This document shows, piece by piece, positions 26,451-34,490 of a stretch of 64,000 nt of DNA. A program made the translations under genes and the position numbers. The stretch lies in IMG/VR virus record IMGVR_UViG_3300006853_000001; one strand, given 5' to 3'. The stretch comes from a virus. Within the stretch, counting starts at the first letter, position 1; the number at the start of each line of letters is the position of its first letter. The notes beneath the pieces are model-generated. The model worked only from the letters and a program-made list of their open reading frames with translations. It was not told where the DNA came from and did not search any database.

Positions 26451-27806
26451 ATGCGTGTTGGGTACGGAAAGATAGGAAGATCGATGCCGCTCAGCATCAC
26501 GAAGTGCGGTAGTCTCGGCGGCGACGTGGAGATGGCCGCGACGATCGGCGAACTCGCGCGGCGCAACCCGGAGTCAGACTTCTACCTCATCGGAAAGAAC
26601 AGCGGCGAGGAGCCCACGTCGGTCGGCCTGCCGAGCAACGTGCACAACCCGTGGATCAAGTGGGGTCCGCAGCTGCTCGACGCCAAGCGCCGTACCGGCT
26701 TGAATCACGCGAACTACTCCGTGGCCGACCACCTCGCTCTGCAAGACATCTATGACTCGGTAACGCTCGACTTCATAACGAAGCTCGACGGCATCGTACT
26801 CTGGGCCGGCCAGCACGGTACGACCAACGTGCCGCTGCCCGGCGTACGTGAACCCGGTAAGTACACCAAGCCACACGACTGGTCGGCGCACTACGTCGCG
26901 TTTCTGACACGAGCGATCAACATCTGGCGCGACGTCAACCCGTGGAAGCGCGAGGAGATCTGGCTCAACTCCGATCCGCGCAACTACCTCAAGTTACGCG
27001 ACCTCAAGTGGCCGCTGCGTCACCCGGTGCTCGCACAACACACGTATCATCACAGGATCAAGCACGCGCGGTACGGAGACCCGGGCCCGAACGGCGCTTT
27101 TGAGGAGTGGTCTGCCACGTGCGACCTCGGCGTCGAGACGCCGAGCGATGTCGATAAGGTGTGGAAGGCGTCCGTGCGGAATGTATACGCCCGGTTGGAG
27201 GTCAACGGTCTCTTGCCCAGCACACCGTTCGGCGACCTGCTGTCGTTCAACGACCGCTGGGAAGATCGCGCGGGGTTCGGCCTCTTCATGAATGAGACGC
27301 GACGCTACGTGCGCCAGGACATAACCCGGTCACACGTAATGCGTGAGTGGGTACTACCACTGGAACCGGCGTGGATTCACGGCACGTGGTCACAGGCCGG
27401 CCAGGAGGAGATCAACCGCGAGATCACCCCGGCACCGTGGGGCGACTACGTACCTAAGCTTCACTCCGTACGCTGTACCTTCACCTCACCGGCCAGCGGC
27501 ACCGGCTGGGCCACGGCTAAGCCGTGGGAAGCGTTCGCGGCCGGTACCGTGTGCTTCTTTCACCCCGGCTACGACGTCCAGGATAACATCCTCGGCGACG
27601 CACCGTTGTGGTTGAAGGACTGGCTGCGCGTCACCTCGCCCGACGAGTTGGTACACCGGGTTAAGCACCTCAGCTCAGACGCGGGTCGCACCGACTGGTA
27701 TGAGCTCGTAGCCGCCCAGCGCATACACTTCAATGACGCCGTTCGGGAGTTACGCTTTGCCCGGCTGATCGAAGCGCGCCTCGGGCTGCGAGGTACCGGT
27801 GACTAG
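26451..27806 (+). CDS. glycosyltransferase resembling T4 DNA beta-glucosyltransferase (GT63-like)
   Basis: By-eye alignment to T4 BGT gives four matches. MRVGYGKIGRS aligns with MKIAIINMGNN. IWLNSDPRN aligns with YLFTDIRL, the catalytic Asp100. NETRRYVRQ aligns with GSFRSGQRE, Arg191/Arg195. AKPWEAF aligns with LRVWETM, Arg269/Glu272. The spacings are similar. ATG 26451 follows GGAGGTGA. Confidence 0.55.
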   Translation: MRVGYGKIGRSMPLSITKCGSLGGDVEMAATIGELARRNPESDFYLIGKNSGEEPTSVGLPSNVHNPWIKWGPQLLDAKRRTGLNHANYSVADHLALQDIYDSVTLDFITKLDGIVLWAGQHGTTNVPLPGVREPGKYTKPHDWSAHYVAFLTRAINIWRDVNPWKREEIWLNSDPRNYLKLRDLKWPLRHPVLAQHTYHHRIKHARYGDPGPNGAFEEWSATCDLGVETPSDVDKVWKASVRNVYARLEVNGLLPSTPFGDLLSFNDRWEDRAGFGLFMNETRRYVRQDITRSHVMREWVLPLEPAWIHGTWSQAGQEEINREITPAPWGDYVPKLHSVRCTFTSPASGTGWATAKPWEAFAAGTVCFFHPGYDVQDNILGDAPLWLKDWLRVTSPDELVHRVKHLSSDAGRTDWYELVAAQRIHFNDAVRELRFARLIEARLGLRGTGD

Positions 27807-28593
27807 GGGATCGTCGGGCGCCACGTTCCGGTACTACCTCGAGAGCGTCGGCAAGATGTGCCGGACGGACGACGGGCGTACATCACGCCAGGGACTGTGG
27901 TTACGTCAGCACCAGTCTCCCGCCGTTCCGAAGGTACTGTCGGTATATGAGCACGGCTACCAGATGGAGCGGCTCGACGACATCTCTTACATGTGGTTAA
28001 ACCACCGTGTGGTGCTCGCCGGGATCGTGGAACAACTCGAGCAGCACGTGTGGTCACAGTCCGCCGAGGTCGAGTGGTCACAGCAGGCGACGGTCGACAA
28101 GGTGGCAGACCTACTCGGAATGTTCGACGTCGGTGTTGAGGTTCAGCTGTGGCTGGAAAAGACGCACGAGTCGATCGACTGGAACGCACTTCCACGGTGC
28201 CTAACGCACGGCGACCCGACGCTGGACAACGTGATGTTTAGGCCCGGTACATCCGAACTGGTCATCATCGACCCGGTTCCCGCGACCTCGGCGGTGCCCG
28301 ACATCCGGGCTGTGGACCTCGGTAAGATGCTCCAATCAGCGCTGGGCTGGGAGCGGGTTCGGTACGGCTACCGTGAGGTAACGGGAGCTCTCGACACGCT
28401 CGGTGGCAGTGCGCGAATCAACCCGTACCACGTGCAAACGTACGCGCAAGATGATAACGAGTGGAACGCGGCCGTACTCTGGTGCGTCATTCACCTACTA
28501 CGCACCCTACCCTACCTCGCACGATGTGCGGCACCTAAGGTTCAAGATGACGTGAGAGGCATGATCGGTGACGCAACTACGTTTCTTCCTTGA
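27799..28593 (+). CDS. APH/choline-kinase-fold small-molecule (sugar?) kinase
   Basis: The Brenner motif is present in CLTHGDPTLDNVMF, with the metal-binding Asp in LVIIDPV. Confidence 0.65.
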   Translation: MTRGSSGATFRYYLESVGKMCRTDDGRTSRQGLWLRQHQSPAVPKVLSVYEHGYQMERLDDISYMWLNHRVVLAGIVEQLEQHVWSQSAEVEWSQQATVDKVADLLGMFDVGVEVQLWLEKTHESIDWNALPRCLTHGDPTLDNVMFRPGTSELVIIDPVPATSAVPDIRAVDLGKMLQSALGWERVRYGYREVTGALDTLGGSARINPYHVQTYAQDDNEWNAAVLWCVIHLLRTLPYLARCAAPKVQDDVRGMIGDATTFLP

Positions 28594-29179
28594 TCTGGAT
28601 GGCACACTCGCCGACACCGACGCGCTTAACCGGGAGGCATATCGACGAGTTGGTGTTGAGGTACCGCCGAACGCCGCCGGCTTGTCATACCGTGAGTGGC
28701 TCGGCGATCTGGTCGGTATCGGTGATGTTGAGCGTGTTCACACCGCTAAGCAGGTGTGGTACGGCATCCTGCTGGGTGACGTAGATCCGCACACCTTAGC
28801 TCTGCCGCCGACCCGACTCGCACGTACCCTGCTGTACGGTGATGCTCGGCGGTCGGCGACCGTGTCGTGTCTAACGGCTGCGTCACACGAGTGTGCACGT
28901 ACCCTACTTCGTCGACTAGGTCTAAGCGTACCCGTCAAGCCACAGTTAACGTATGACGCACGACGCGTGATTTTGTCGCGTGCGATGTCCGTCGCCAAGC
29001 ATCGAGGTACCGGTTCCGTGGTATATGTTGATGACATGGGCAGCACCGTCGAGCGACTCACCGAGGACGTTCCGGGTCTCCGGTTGCTGCACTACACCGG
29101 GCAAACCTACGAGCAACTACGCGCCGAGCTCGCCGATGTCTTAGGAGAACTTATCACCAGAGAGTTGAAAACAGCGTGA
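28568..29179 (+). CDS. HAD-superfamily phosphatase/phosphomutase
   Basis: Motif I is FLDLDGTLADTD (DxDxT) and motif IV-like is VVYVDDMG. Confidence 0.7.
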   Translation: MTQLRFFLDLDGTLADTDALNREAYRRVGVEVPPNAAGLSYREWLGDLVGIGDVERVHTAKQVWYGILLGDVDPHTLALPPTRLARTLLYGDARRSATVSCLTAASHECARTLLRRLGLSVPVKPQLTYDARRVILSRAMSVAKHRGTGSVVYVDDMGSTVERLTEDVPGLRLLHYTGQTYEQLRAELADVLGELITRELKTA

Positions 29180-29862
29180 TCGACCACGCCGGGTTGGACG
29201 CCGTGATTCTCGCCGGTGGTAAGAGTGAGCGACTGAACGGGGTGGTACCTCCCTACTTCAAGCCGTTCGTCGTCATCGAGGGCAGGTCGCTGCTGGTCGC
29301 CGCGGTGGATAGCGCGCTGGCGATGGGTGCGCGTCGGGTGATCGTGGTGTCCGCCGGCGAGAACGCCCTGCCGGTGTTTCAACTGGTGGGTCACCGCCCG
29401 GAGATTCGCGTGATGCTGGCCACCGGCGGACCCGGCCGCGCGCTTCGCCGAGGTCTCGAGCTGTGTCAAACACAACGCGTTCTGGTGCTGATGAGCGACA
29501 ACATCCACGGACCCGAGGACGTCTACGCGGTATGCACGGCGGCGAACTACGCGGTCGGCGTGCGAGTCGTTCACCGGGTTGAGGCCGAGAGGTTTACTCG
29601 TCTCCGAGGCGACCGCTGGGTGGAGCGTAGATATGACCAAGACCCGCTCGATGATGAGGTAGCGAAATGGAGCGACGACGCTACACAGGCGGTAACGGTC
29701 TGGTGCGGCCCGCTGGTCATCGACCGGTACCGCGGTCTCAACGCACTGGCCGGCCAGGAGAAGATCGGTCCGGTGCTCAATGAGATGGCGCCCAGCTTCG
29801 CGCTGGTACACGTGTTAACGCAGGATATCGGCACGCCCGACGCGGTACGCCGGGTGACCTAG
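29176..29862 (+). CDS. nucleotidyltransferase (MobA/IspD/sugar-phosphate NTP-transferase fold)
   Basis: AVILAGGKSERL is the LAGGxGxRL signature, and VLVLMSDN is present. The start shows a GTGA overlap. Confidence 0.65.
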   Translation: MIDHAGLDAVILAGGKSERLNGVVPPYFKPFVVIEGRSLLVAAVDSALAMGARRVIVVSAGENALPVFQLVGHRPEIRVMLATGGPGRALRRGLELCQTQRVLVLMSDNIHGPEDVYAVCTAANYAVGVRVVHRVEAERFTRLRGDRWVERRYDQDPLDDEVAKWSDDATQAVTVWCGPLVIDRYRGLNALAGQEKIGPVLNEMAPSFALVHVLTQDIGTPDAVRRVT

Positions 29863-29874
29863 GAAAAATGAGAG

Positions 29875-30057
29875 ATGATGCGAGCAGGTAAGCTGACCCC
29901 GCGCCAGCGCCGGCGCGCGGCTAAGAAGAGTACGGCTGCCGCCGAGCGTCGTAAACACAACTACATCGATCAGCTGATCGAGGCGCGGGCACATCGCGCC
30001 GCGCGTAGGACAATGATAAGTGCAATGCGTGATGCTCGGAAGAAACTGGTGAGTTGA
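29875..30057 (+). CDS. small basic protein
   Basis: 60 aa, rich in Lys and Arg; ATG follows GAGAG. Confidence 0.45.
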   Translation: MMRAGKLTPRQRRRAAKKSTAAAERRKHNYIDQLIEARAHRAARRTMISAMRDARKKLVS

Positions 30058-30569
30058 TGGATCGCCTCGAGGAGATGTTACACGCCCAGCGGGAGCTCCA
30101 GGAGCTGATCAACGGCTACACGCTCGAGAGTCAGTCAGACGAGCTGCGCATCGCGAACATCAAGGAGAGCTACGTCGCGCTTATCAAGGAGCTCGGCGAG
30201 GTTCTGGATGAGATTGGCTGGAAGAGCTGGGCGACCAGTCGTCACATCAACTACGAGGCGGCACGCGGCGAGGTCGTTGACTGCTGGCACTTTCTCATGA
30301 ACCTCGCGCTGCACCTTAACGTGACCGCAGATGACCTGTACGAGGGCTACCGCCGAAAGCGTGAGAAGAACGAGCGACGCCAGCGCGAGGGCTACGACGG
30401 TGTGACGGGCAAGTGCCCGCACTGTCGACGGTCGTACGATGACCAAGGAGTCCGGTGCACCCCGTCGTGTGTCGCGACCGGCGGAACGCCGGCCTGGTGC
30501 GTGGAAGCCGGTCGGCTGGTCGGACCCGGTACACTCTCCGCTACATCAGAAACCACCCACAACACCTGA
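30057..30569 (+). CDS. all-alpha NTP pyrophosphohydrolase (MazG / dimeric dUTPase-dCTPase family) with Cys-rich tail
   Basis: Contains ALIKELGEVLDEIGWKSW and EVVDCWHFLMNLA, the paired acidic helices typical of the family. The C-terminus has CPHCRRSYDDQGVRCTPSC. Confidence 0.6.
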   Translation: MDRLEEMLHAQRELQELINGYTLESQSDELRIANIKESYVALIKELGEVLDEIGWKSWATSRHINYEAARGEVVDCWHFLMNLALHLNVTADDLYEGYRRKREKNERRQREGYDGVTGKCPHCRRSYDDQGVRCTPSCVATGGTPAWCVEAGRLVGPGTLSATSETTHNT

Positions 30570-30575
30570 TACAGT
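30567..30575 (+). promoter_or_regulatory. extended -10 element TGATACAGT, 7 nt before the HNH ATG (leaderless mRNA candidate)
   Basis: The sequence reads tgatacagt-acagtcc-ATG(30583). Confidence 0.4.
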
Positions 30576-30582
30576 ACAGTCC

Positions 30583-31215
30583 ATGGGAACAAACCCGAGT
30601 CGCAACCGTGGACGCACGGTTAAAGCGTTTCACAAAGCGTACGGTTACGGTCCCTGGTCGTGTTTCTTCTGTGTGATTCCGGTGCTAGAGATTGGGCGTG
30701 GCACATGGAACGGTAACATTCATCACATTGATGATGATGTTACGAATGACACCGCAGATAATCTCGCGATGACACACGTGCTTTGTCACCGAAAACACCA
30801 CGGGCTGTCTGACGTCGCAAGAAGTAAGCTAAGTGATGCGTTTCGCGGACGTGAGTCACCTACGAAAGGTATGCGGTTCTCCGCAGAGGTGAATGCCAAG
30901 AAAGCGCATCACGGATCAGACAATCACCAGTTTAGAAAACCACTACCACTTCACACACGACAAGCTATCAGCCGCGCCAACCGGCGAATGGTGATTTGTG
31001 AAATGTGTGGTGTCGAGATCGCAGCGCACTGGATTCGTCGGCACCAGGCAAGTGGTTGCCAGCCGAAAAAGTGCATCACAGTCAACGGTGTTGTGCGTGT
31101 GCGTGGTATCGAGCCTAAGGTGATCTGCCAGGTATGCGGTAAACCTTATGCATCCCGCTGGATGCAACGCCACAAGGACAACGGAATGTGTGTACCTATG
31201 GACGTGAACACATGA
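30583..31215 (+). mobile_element. HNH endonuclease gene (free-standing homing-endonuclease-like)
   Basis: The HNH core is GNIHHIDDDVTNDTADNLAMTHVLCHRKHHG. Two repeated CxxCG...W..RH fingers are present. GC content is clearly lower than the flanks, and the stop overlaps the methyltransferase start (ATGA). Confidence 0.75.
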
Positions 31216-32482
31216 CATACACCGCGGTGGACGTTCTTGGGTTTGCTGGAGGTTTTACCCTCGGGATGGTCCAGGCGGGCTTTAAACTGGTTGGTAAGAA
31301 GGAACTTCCAGGCGGCTTCGGTGTAGCAAACTGTCTCGCTAATCGCGCACTTCTTGGTAATAGTTGGCAGGCACAGATAGGACCTGCCGAGTCGTGGGAG
31401 GTGATCAGTGGGGGTTGTGATGTTGTATTCGGCAACCCCCCGTAAGACCGTGCTCAGGATTTTCCGTCATGAGCGCCAAGTCATTTCGCGGAGCAAACTC
31501 TAAAGTGAACGCGTGTATGTGGGCATTTGCCGACTACGTCATTCGAGCACGTCCCACGATCGCCGTCTTCGAGAGCGTTCAGCAGGCGCGCAACCGCCCC
31601 GACGGTCTGGATCTCATGCGCCGGCTGCGCGCCCACGTGGAGGAGGACACCGGCGACCGGTGGACGCTCTACCACGTCCGGCACAACGCGTATTCGGTGG
31701 GCGGATGTGCCCAGCGGAAGCGCTACTTCTGGCTCATCTCGCGGGTTCCGTTCGGCGTCGAGGTGCCACAGCCGAGAACACTGCCCGTACTGGCAGACGT
31801 GATAGCAGACCTCGCGCCTCTCGGGCGGACGTGGCACGCGCAGCCGTACCGGGCACCCGTCACACACATGTGGACGGAGCAGCTGCGGTCGGCGTCCGGC
31901 GCAGTGGACGGCCACGTTCACGTCAGCAACCCACTCACACAGCGAGTGGCCGACCTGATCGACGGCTGTGGCTGGGAGCCCGGCGCGTCGCTGGGTGAGA
32001 TCTGTCGCCGGTACTACGAGAAGCACGGCCGGCTACCGGCGTCGATGGCACAGGGTGAGGCTAAGATCGTCGCCAACGACTTCGCGATGGGTTTCACGAC
32101 CGTGACGCGCTGGCGCGGCGAGCAGCCGGCGCGCGTCATTACCGGCGCGTCGCTGCAGCTGGTCATTCACCCGTGGCTCGACCGCATGATCACACACCGT
32201 GAGGCCGCGCGCATCCTCGGCTTCCCGGACGACTGGCTGATCAAGCCACTGCGCGGCGTCAGCGGTCTCAATCTCACGTGGGGAAAGGGAATATCTGTGC
32301 ACTGCGGCCGGTGGATCGGCGGGTGGATCGCCCGCGCGCTGGACGGCAACCCCGGCACTCACGTAGGATCTCTGATCGGCGAGCGTGAGTATGATATCGA
32401 TGTGACGCACGCCTGGAAGAGCGCCGTCTCGCGCAGCAGCGTGGTCGCGCGAGACGATACCGCTGTAGATGTGCTAATGTAG
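31212..32482 (+). pseudogene. DNA (cytosine-5)-methyltransferase, reading frame broken at a C6 tract just before the catalytic Pro-Cys
   Basis: Motif I is VLGFAGGFTLG. The frame ends ...VVFGNPP-TAA at 31443. The -1 frame continues PPVRPCSGFS (motif IV), then FESVQQ (ENV-like), QRKRYFW (QxRxR), THREAARILGFPDDW and GKGISV. The C run is at 31436-31441. Confidence 0.75.
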
Positions 32483-32520
32483 ACCCTAGACAGTAAGATG
32501 TTGAGGCGAGAGGACAACTT

Positions 32521-32841
32521 GTGACTGACGTAACAGAGGCGAGCCCGGAGACAACGGCCGGCGCGGGTGAGGAGTCGGAAGGCCGCCGGCGCGGTCGGCC
32601 GCGACCGGACGCGACCCTCAAGCGTGACGAGCACGTGTACGAGGTGCTGACGTCGCCGATGACGAAGAACACCGTGGCCGAGGTCGCCGGCATCAGCCGG
32701 TCGGAGGCCTACCTCTCCCTGTGGCGACTGCGTTACAACAAGCGTGTACGGTCGATCCGCAACGGTTCGACACATACGTGGGAGCGCGTCCCGGAGGGCG
32801 AGCAGCCGGCGGTAACGCCGACCGAGCCGGCGCCCGCCTAG
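32521..32841 (+). CDS. winged-helix/HTH DNA-binding protein
   Basis: The HTH-like segment is MTKNTVAEVAGISRSEAYLSLWRL. The N-terminus is acidic and carries RRRGRPR. GTG follows GAGGCGAGAGGA. Confidence 0.5.
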   Translation: MTDVTEASPETTAGAGEESEGRRRGRPRPDATLKRDEHVYEVLTSPMTKNTVAEVAGISRSEAYLSLWRLRYNKRVRSIRNGSTHTWERVPEGEQPAVTPTEPAPA

Positions 32842-32888
32842 GCGGAGACGACCGCACGGAGGTACTTCCGGTGGACGCAGACACGCGT

Positions 32889-32929
32889 GAGGACCGGGCG
32901 CTCGTGGCGGCCCGGTCCTCGTGCGTTTT
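32889..32929 (+). terminator. rho-independent terminator
   Basis: The stem pairs GAGGACCGGG(CGC) with (GCG)GCCCGGTCCTC and is followed by GTGCGTTTT. Confidence 0.6.
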
Positions 32930-32946
32930 GAGGAAGAGGTGATTGC

Positions 32947-33144
32947 GTGAACGCGAAAGATCTGGTTGAACTAGCCGTAAGCGGTGGCACTGTGACCTCG
33001 GAGCAGGTGGAGCGTGCCGGACGAGTCGTGATGCGTCTCGGCGACAGCCGAACCACGTTTCAGCTGGGTGACGGGTCTGGTAACCTCGAGCTAGAGCTGG
33101 TCGTGCACGAGGTATCACTCAAGCGTCGAGCGGACGTGACGTAG
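32947..33144 (+). CDS. hypothetical protein
   Basis: 65 aa ORF; GTG follows GAGGAAGAGGTG. Confidence 0.45.
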   Translation: MNAKDLVELAVSGGTVTSEQVERAGRVVMRLGDSRTTFQLGDGSGNLELELVVHEVSLKRRADVT

Positions 33145-33953
33145 TGGCCGACTGGCGGGTCGCGCGCGGACTGGAGAAGCTGCTAGCACAGGTCAACGAG
33201 ATCGCGCCGAATCGCTCGAAGGTGTCCGACGGCTCCATCGGCGACCCGGCGCACCAGGGTACGTCCTCCGATCACAACCCCGACGACCAGGGCGTCGTCC
33301 GGGCACGTGACTTCACTCACGATCCGATGGCCGGGGCCAACATGCACGCGATCGCCGAGGCGATCCGGCTGTCCCGTGATCAACGCGTTAAGTACACGAT
33401 CTTCGATAAACGAATCTTCTCGTCATATGCAACATCACTACGCGACGCGTGGGAGTGGGGTCCGTACGACGGGGATAACCTACACACCAAGCACATGCAC
33501 GTCTCCGTCGTCGGGATGTCGATCGCCGACGACACGAGTGACTGGGAGGTCACGGTGCCGCTCACCAATGACGACATCAAGCGCGTGTCGGACGCGACCG
33601 CGGCCAAGGTACTCGGCAAGGCGTGGGCGATCCCGGGACGGACACTCGTGGGTACGTTCGAGGCGTTCCTCAACTACGAGGCCGCGCGTCGGGTCACGGA
33701 AGCCGAGCTTAAGTTGTCGGTCGAGGACGTGCTGGCGGCGGCCCACAACGACTCCGAGACTCCGGTCGACGTACCGGAGGAGCTGCGCGCCGACCTGTCG
33801 GAGAGGATCGCGACACGTACGTCCGAGCGCGTCATCGAGACCCTCGGCACGACCACCGTAGAGATCGCCGCCGAGACGCTGCTGGCGGCGTGGGGTCTGG
33901 AGCGTGCCGCCGCGGTAGCTGCGAGACTCGGAGAGCTGACCGGCGGTGCGTGA
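33144..33953 (+). CDS. endolysin, M15-type zinc peptidase (L-Ala-D-Glu / VanY-like)
   Basis: The metal ligand pattern is SDGSIGDPAHQGTSSDHNP...ARDFTHD...HTKHMHVS. Membrane proteins follow immediately downstream. Confidence 0.7.
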   Translation: MADWRVARGLEKLLAQVNEIAPNRSKVSDGSIGDPAHQGTSSDHNPDDQGVVRARDFTHDPMAGANMHAIAEAIRLSRDQRVKYTIFDKRIFSSYATSLRDAWEWGPYDGDNLHTKHMHVSVVGMSIADDTSDWEVTVPLTNDDIKRVSDATAAKVLGKAWAIPGRTLVGTFEAFLNYEAARRVTEAELKLSVEDVLAAAHNDSETPVDVPEELRADLSERIATRTSERVIETLGTTTVEIAAETLLAAWGLERAAAVAARLGELTGGA

Positions 33954-33986
33954 CGCACCGCGACCGAGATTCGGGGGACACCAACC

Positions 33987-34262
33987 TTGCTGGACGGGAT
34001 CACCGGAGCTAGGCTCCTGTCGTCGTCGCCCTGGGTACTGCTCGCGCTCGCCGTGTTCTTTCTCATGCGTGGGCTGCTCGTACCGCGGCGCACCTACGAT
34101 GACATTCGTGAGGATCGCCAGGAGTGGCGCGAGGCTCACCGCGTTAGCGAGGAGAGCCGCATTCAGCAGGGTGCGCAGATCGAGGAGATGCTTCGTGGGT
34201 TCGAGACCCTCGAACAGCTCATCCGGGCCCTCAGGGGTGACGACCGAGGAGGTCGTACGTGA
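33987..34262 (+). CDS. lysis-cassette membrane protein (1 TM plus coiled coil)
   Basis: The transmembrane segment is PWVLLALAVFFLMRGLLV, followed by a charged helical tail. TTG start after GGGGGA. Confidence 0.5.
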   Translation: MLDGITGARLLSSSPWVLLALAVFFLMRGLLVPRRTYDDIREDRQEWREAHRVSEESRIQQGAQIEEMLRGFETLEQLIRALRGDDRGGRT

Positions 34263-34480
34263 AGATACTTCGACGTGTCGCCCGACTGTTCGGTATCGGC
34301 CGCCGACGGCCGCGTTGCACCACAGAAGCTCGACAGGCTCGCAAGCGGGCAGATAAGCATCTCCAGGAGACGCACGAGCGATGGGATCGTGTACACCGCA
34401 CTACCTCATACCTGATCGGAGAGAGCGGCAGAAACCACTTTGGTGAGGAGATGCACAGGTTGTTCCAGGACAGGCCGTAG
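34259..34480 (+). CDS. hypothetical basic protein
   Basis: 73 aa ORF with a GTGA overlap start. Confidence 0.4.
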   Translation: MKILRRVARLFGIGRRRPRCTTEARQARKRADKHLQETHERWDRVHRTTSYLIGESGRNHFGEEMHRLFQDRP

Positions 34481-34490
34481 GAGGTTCACC

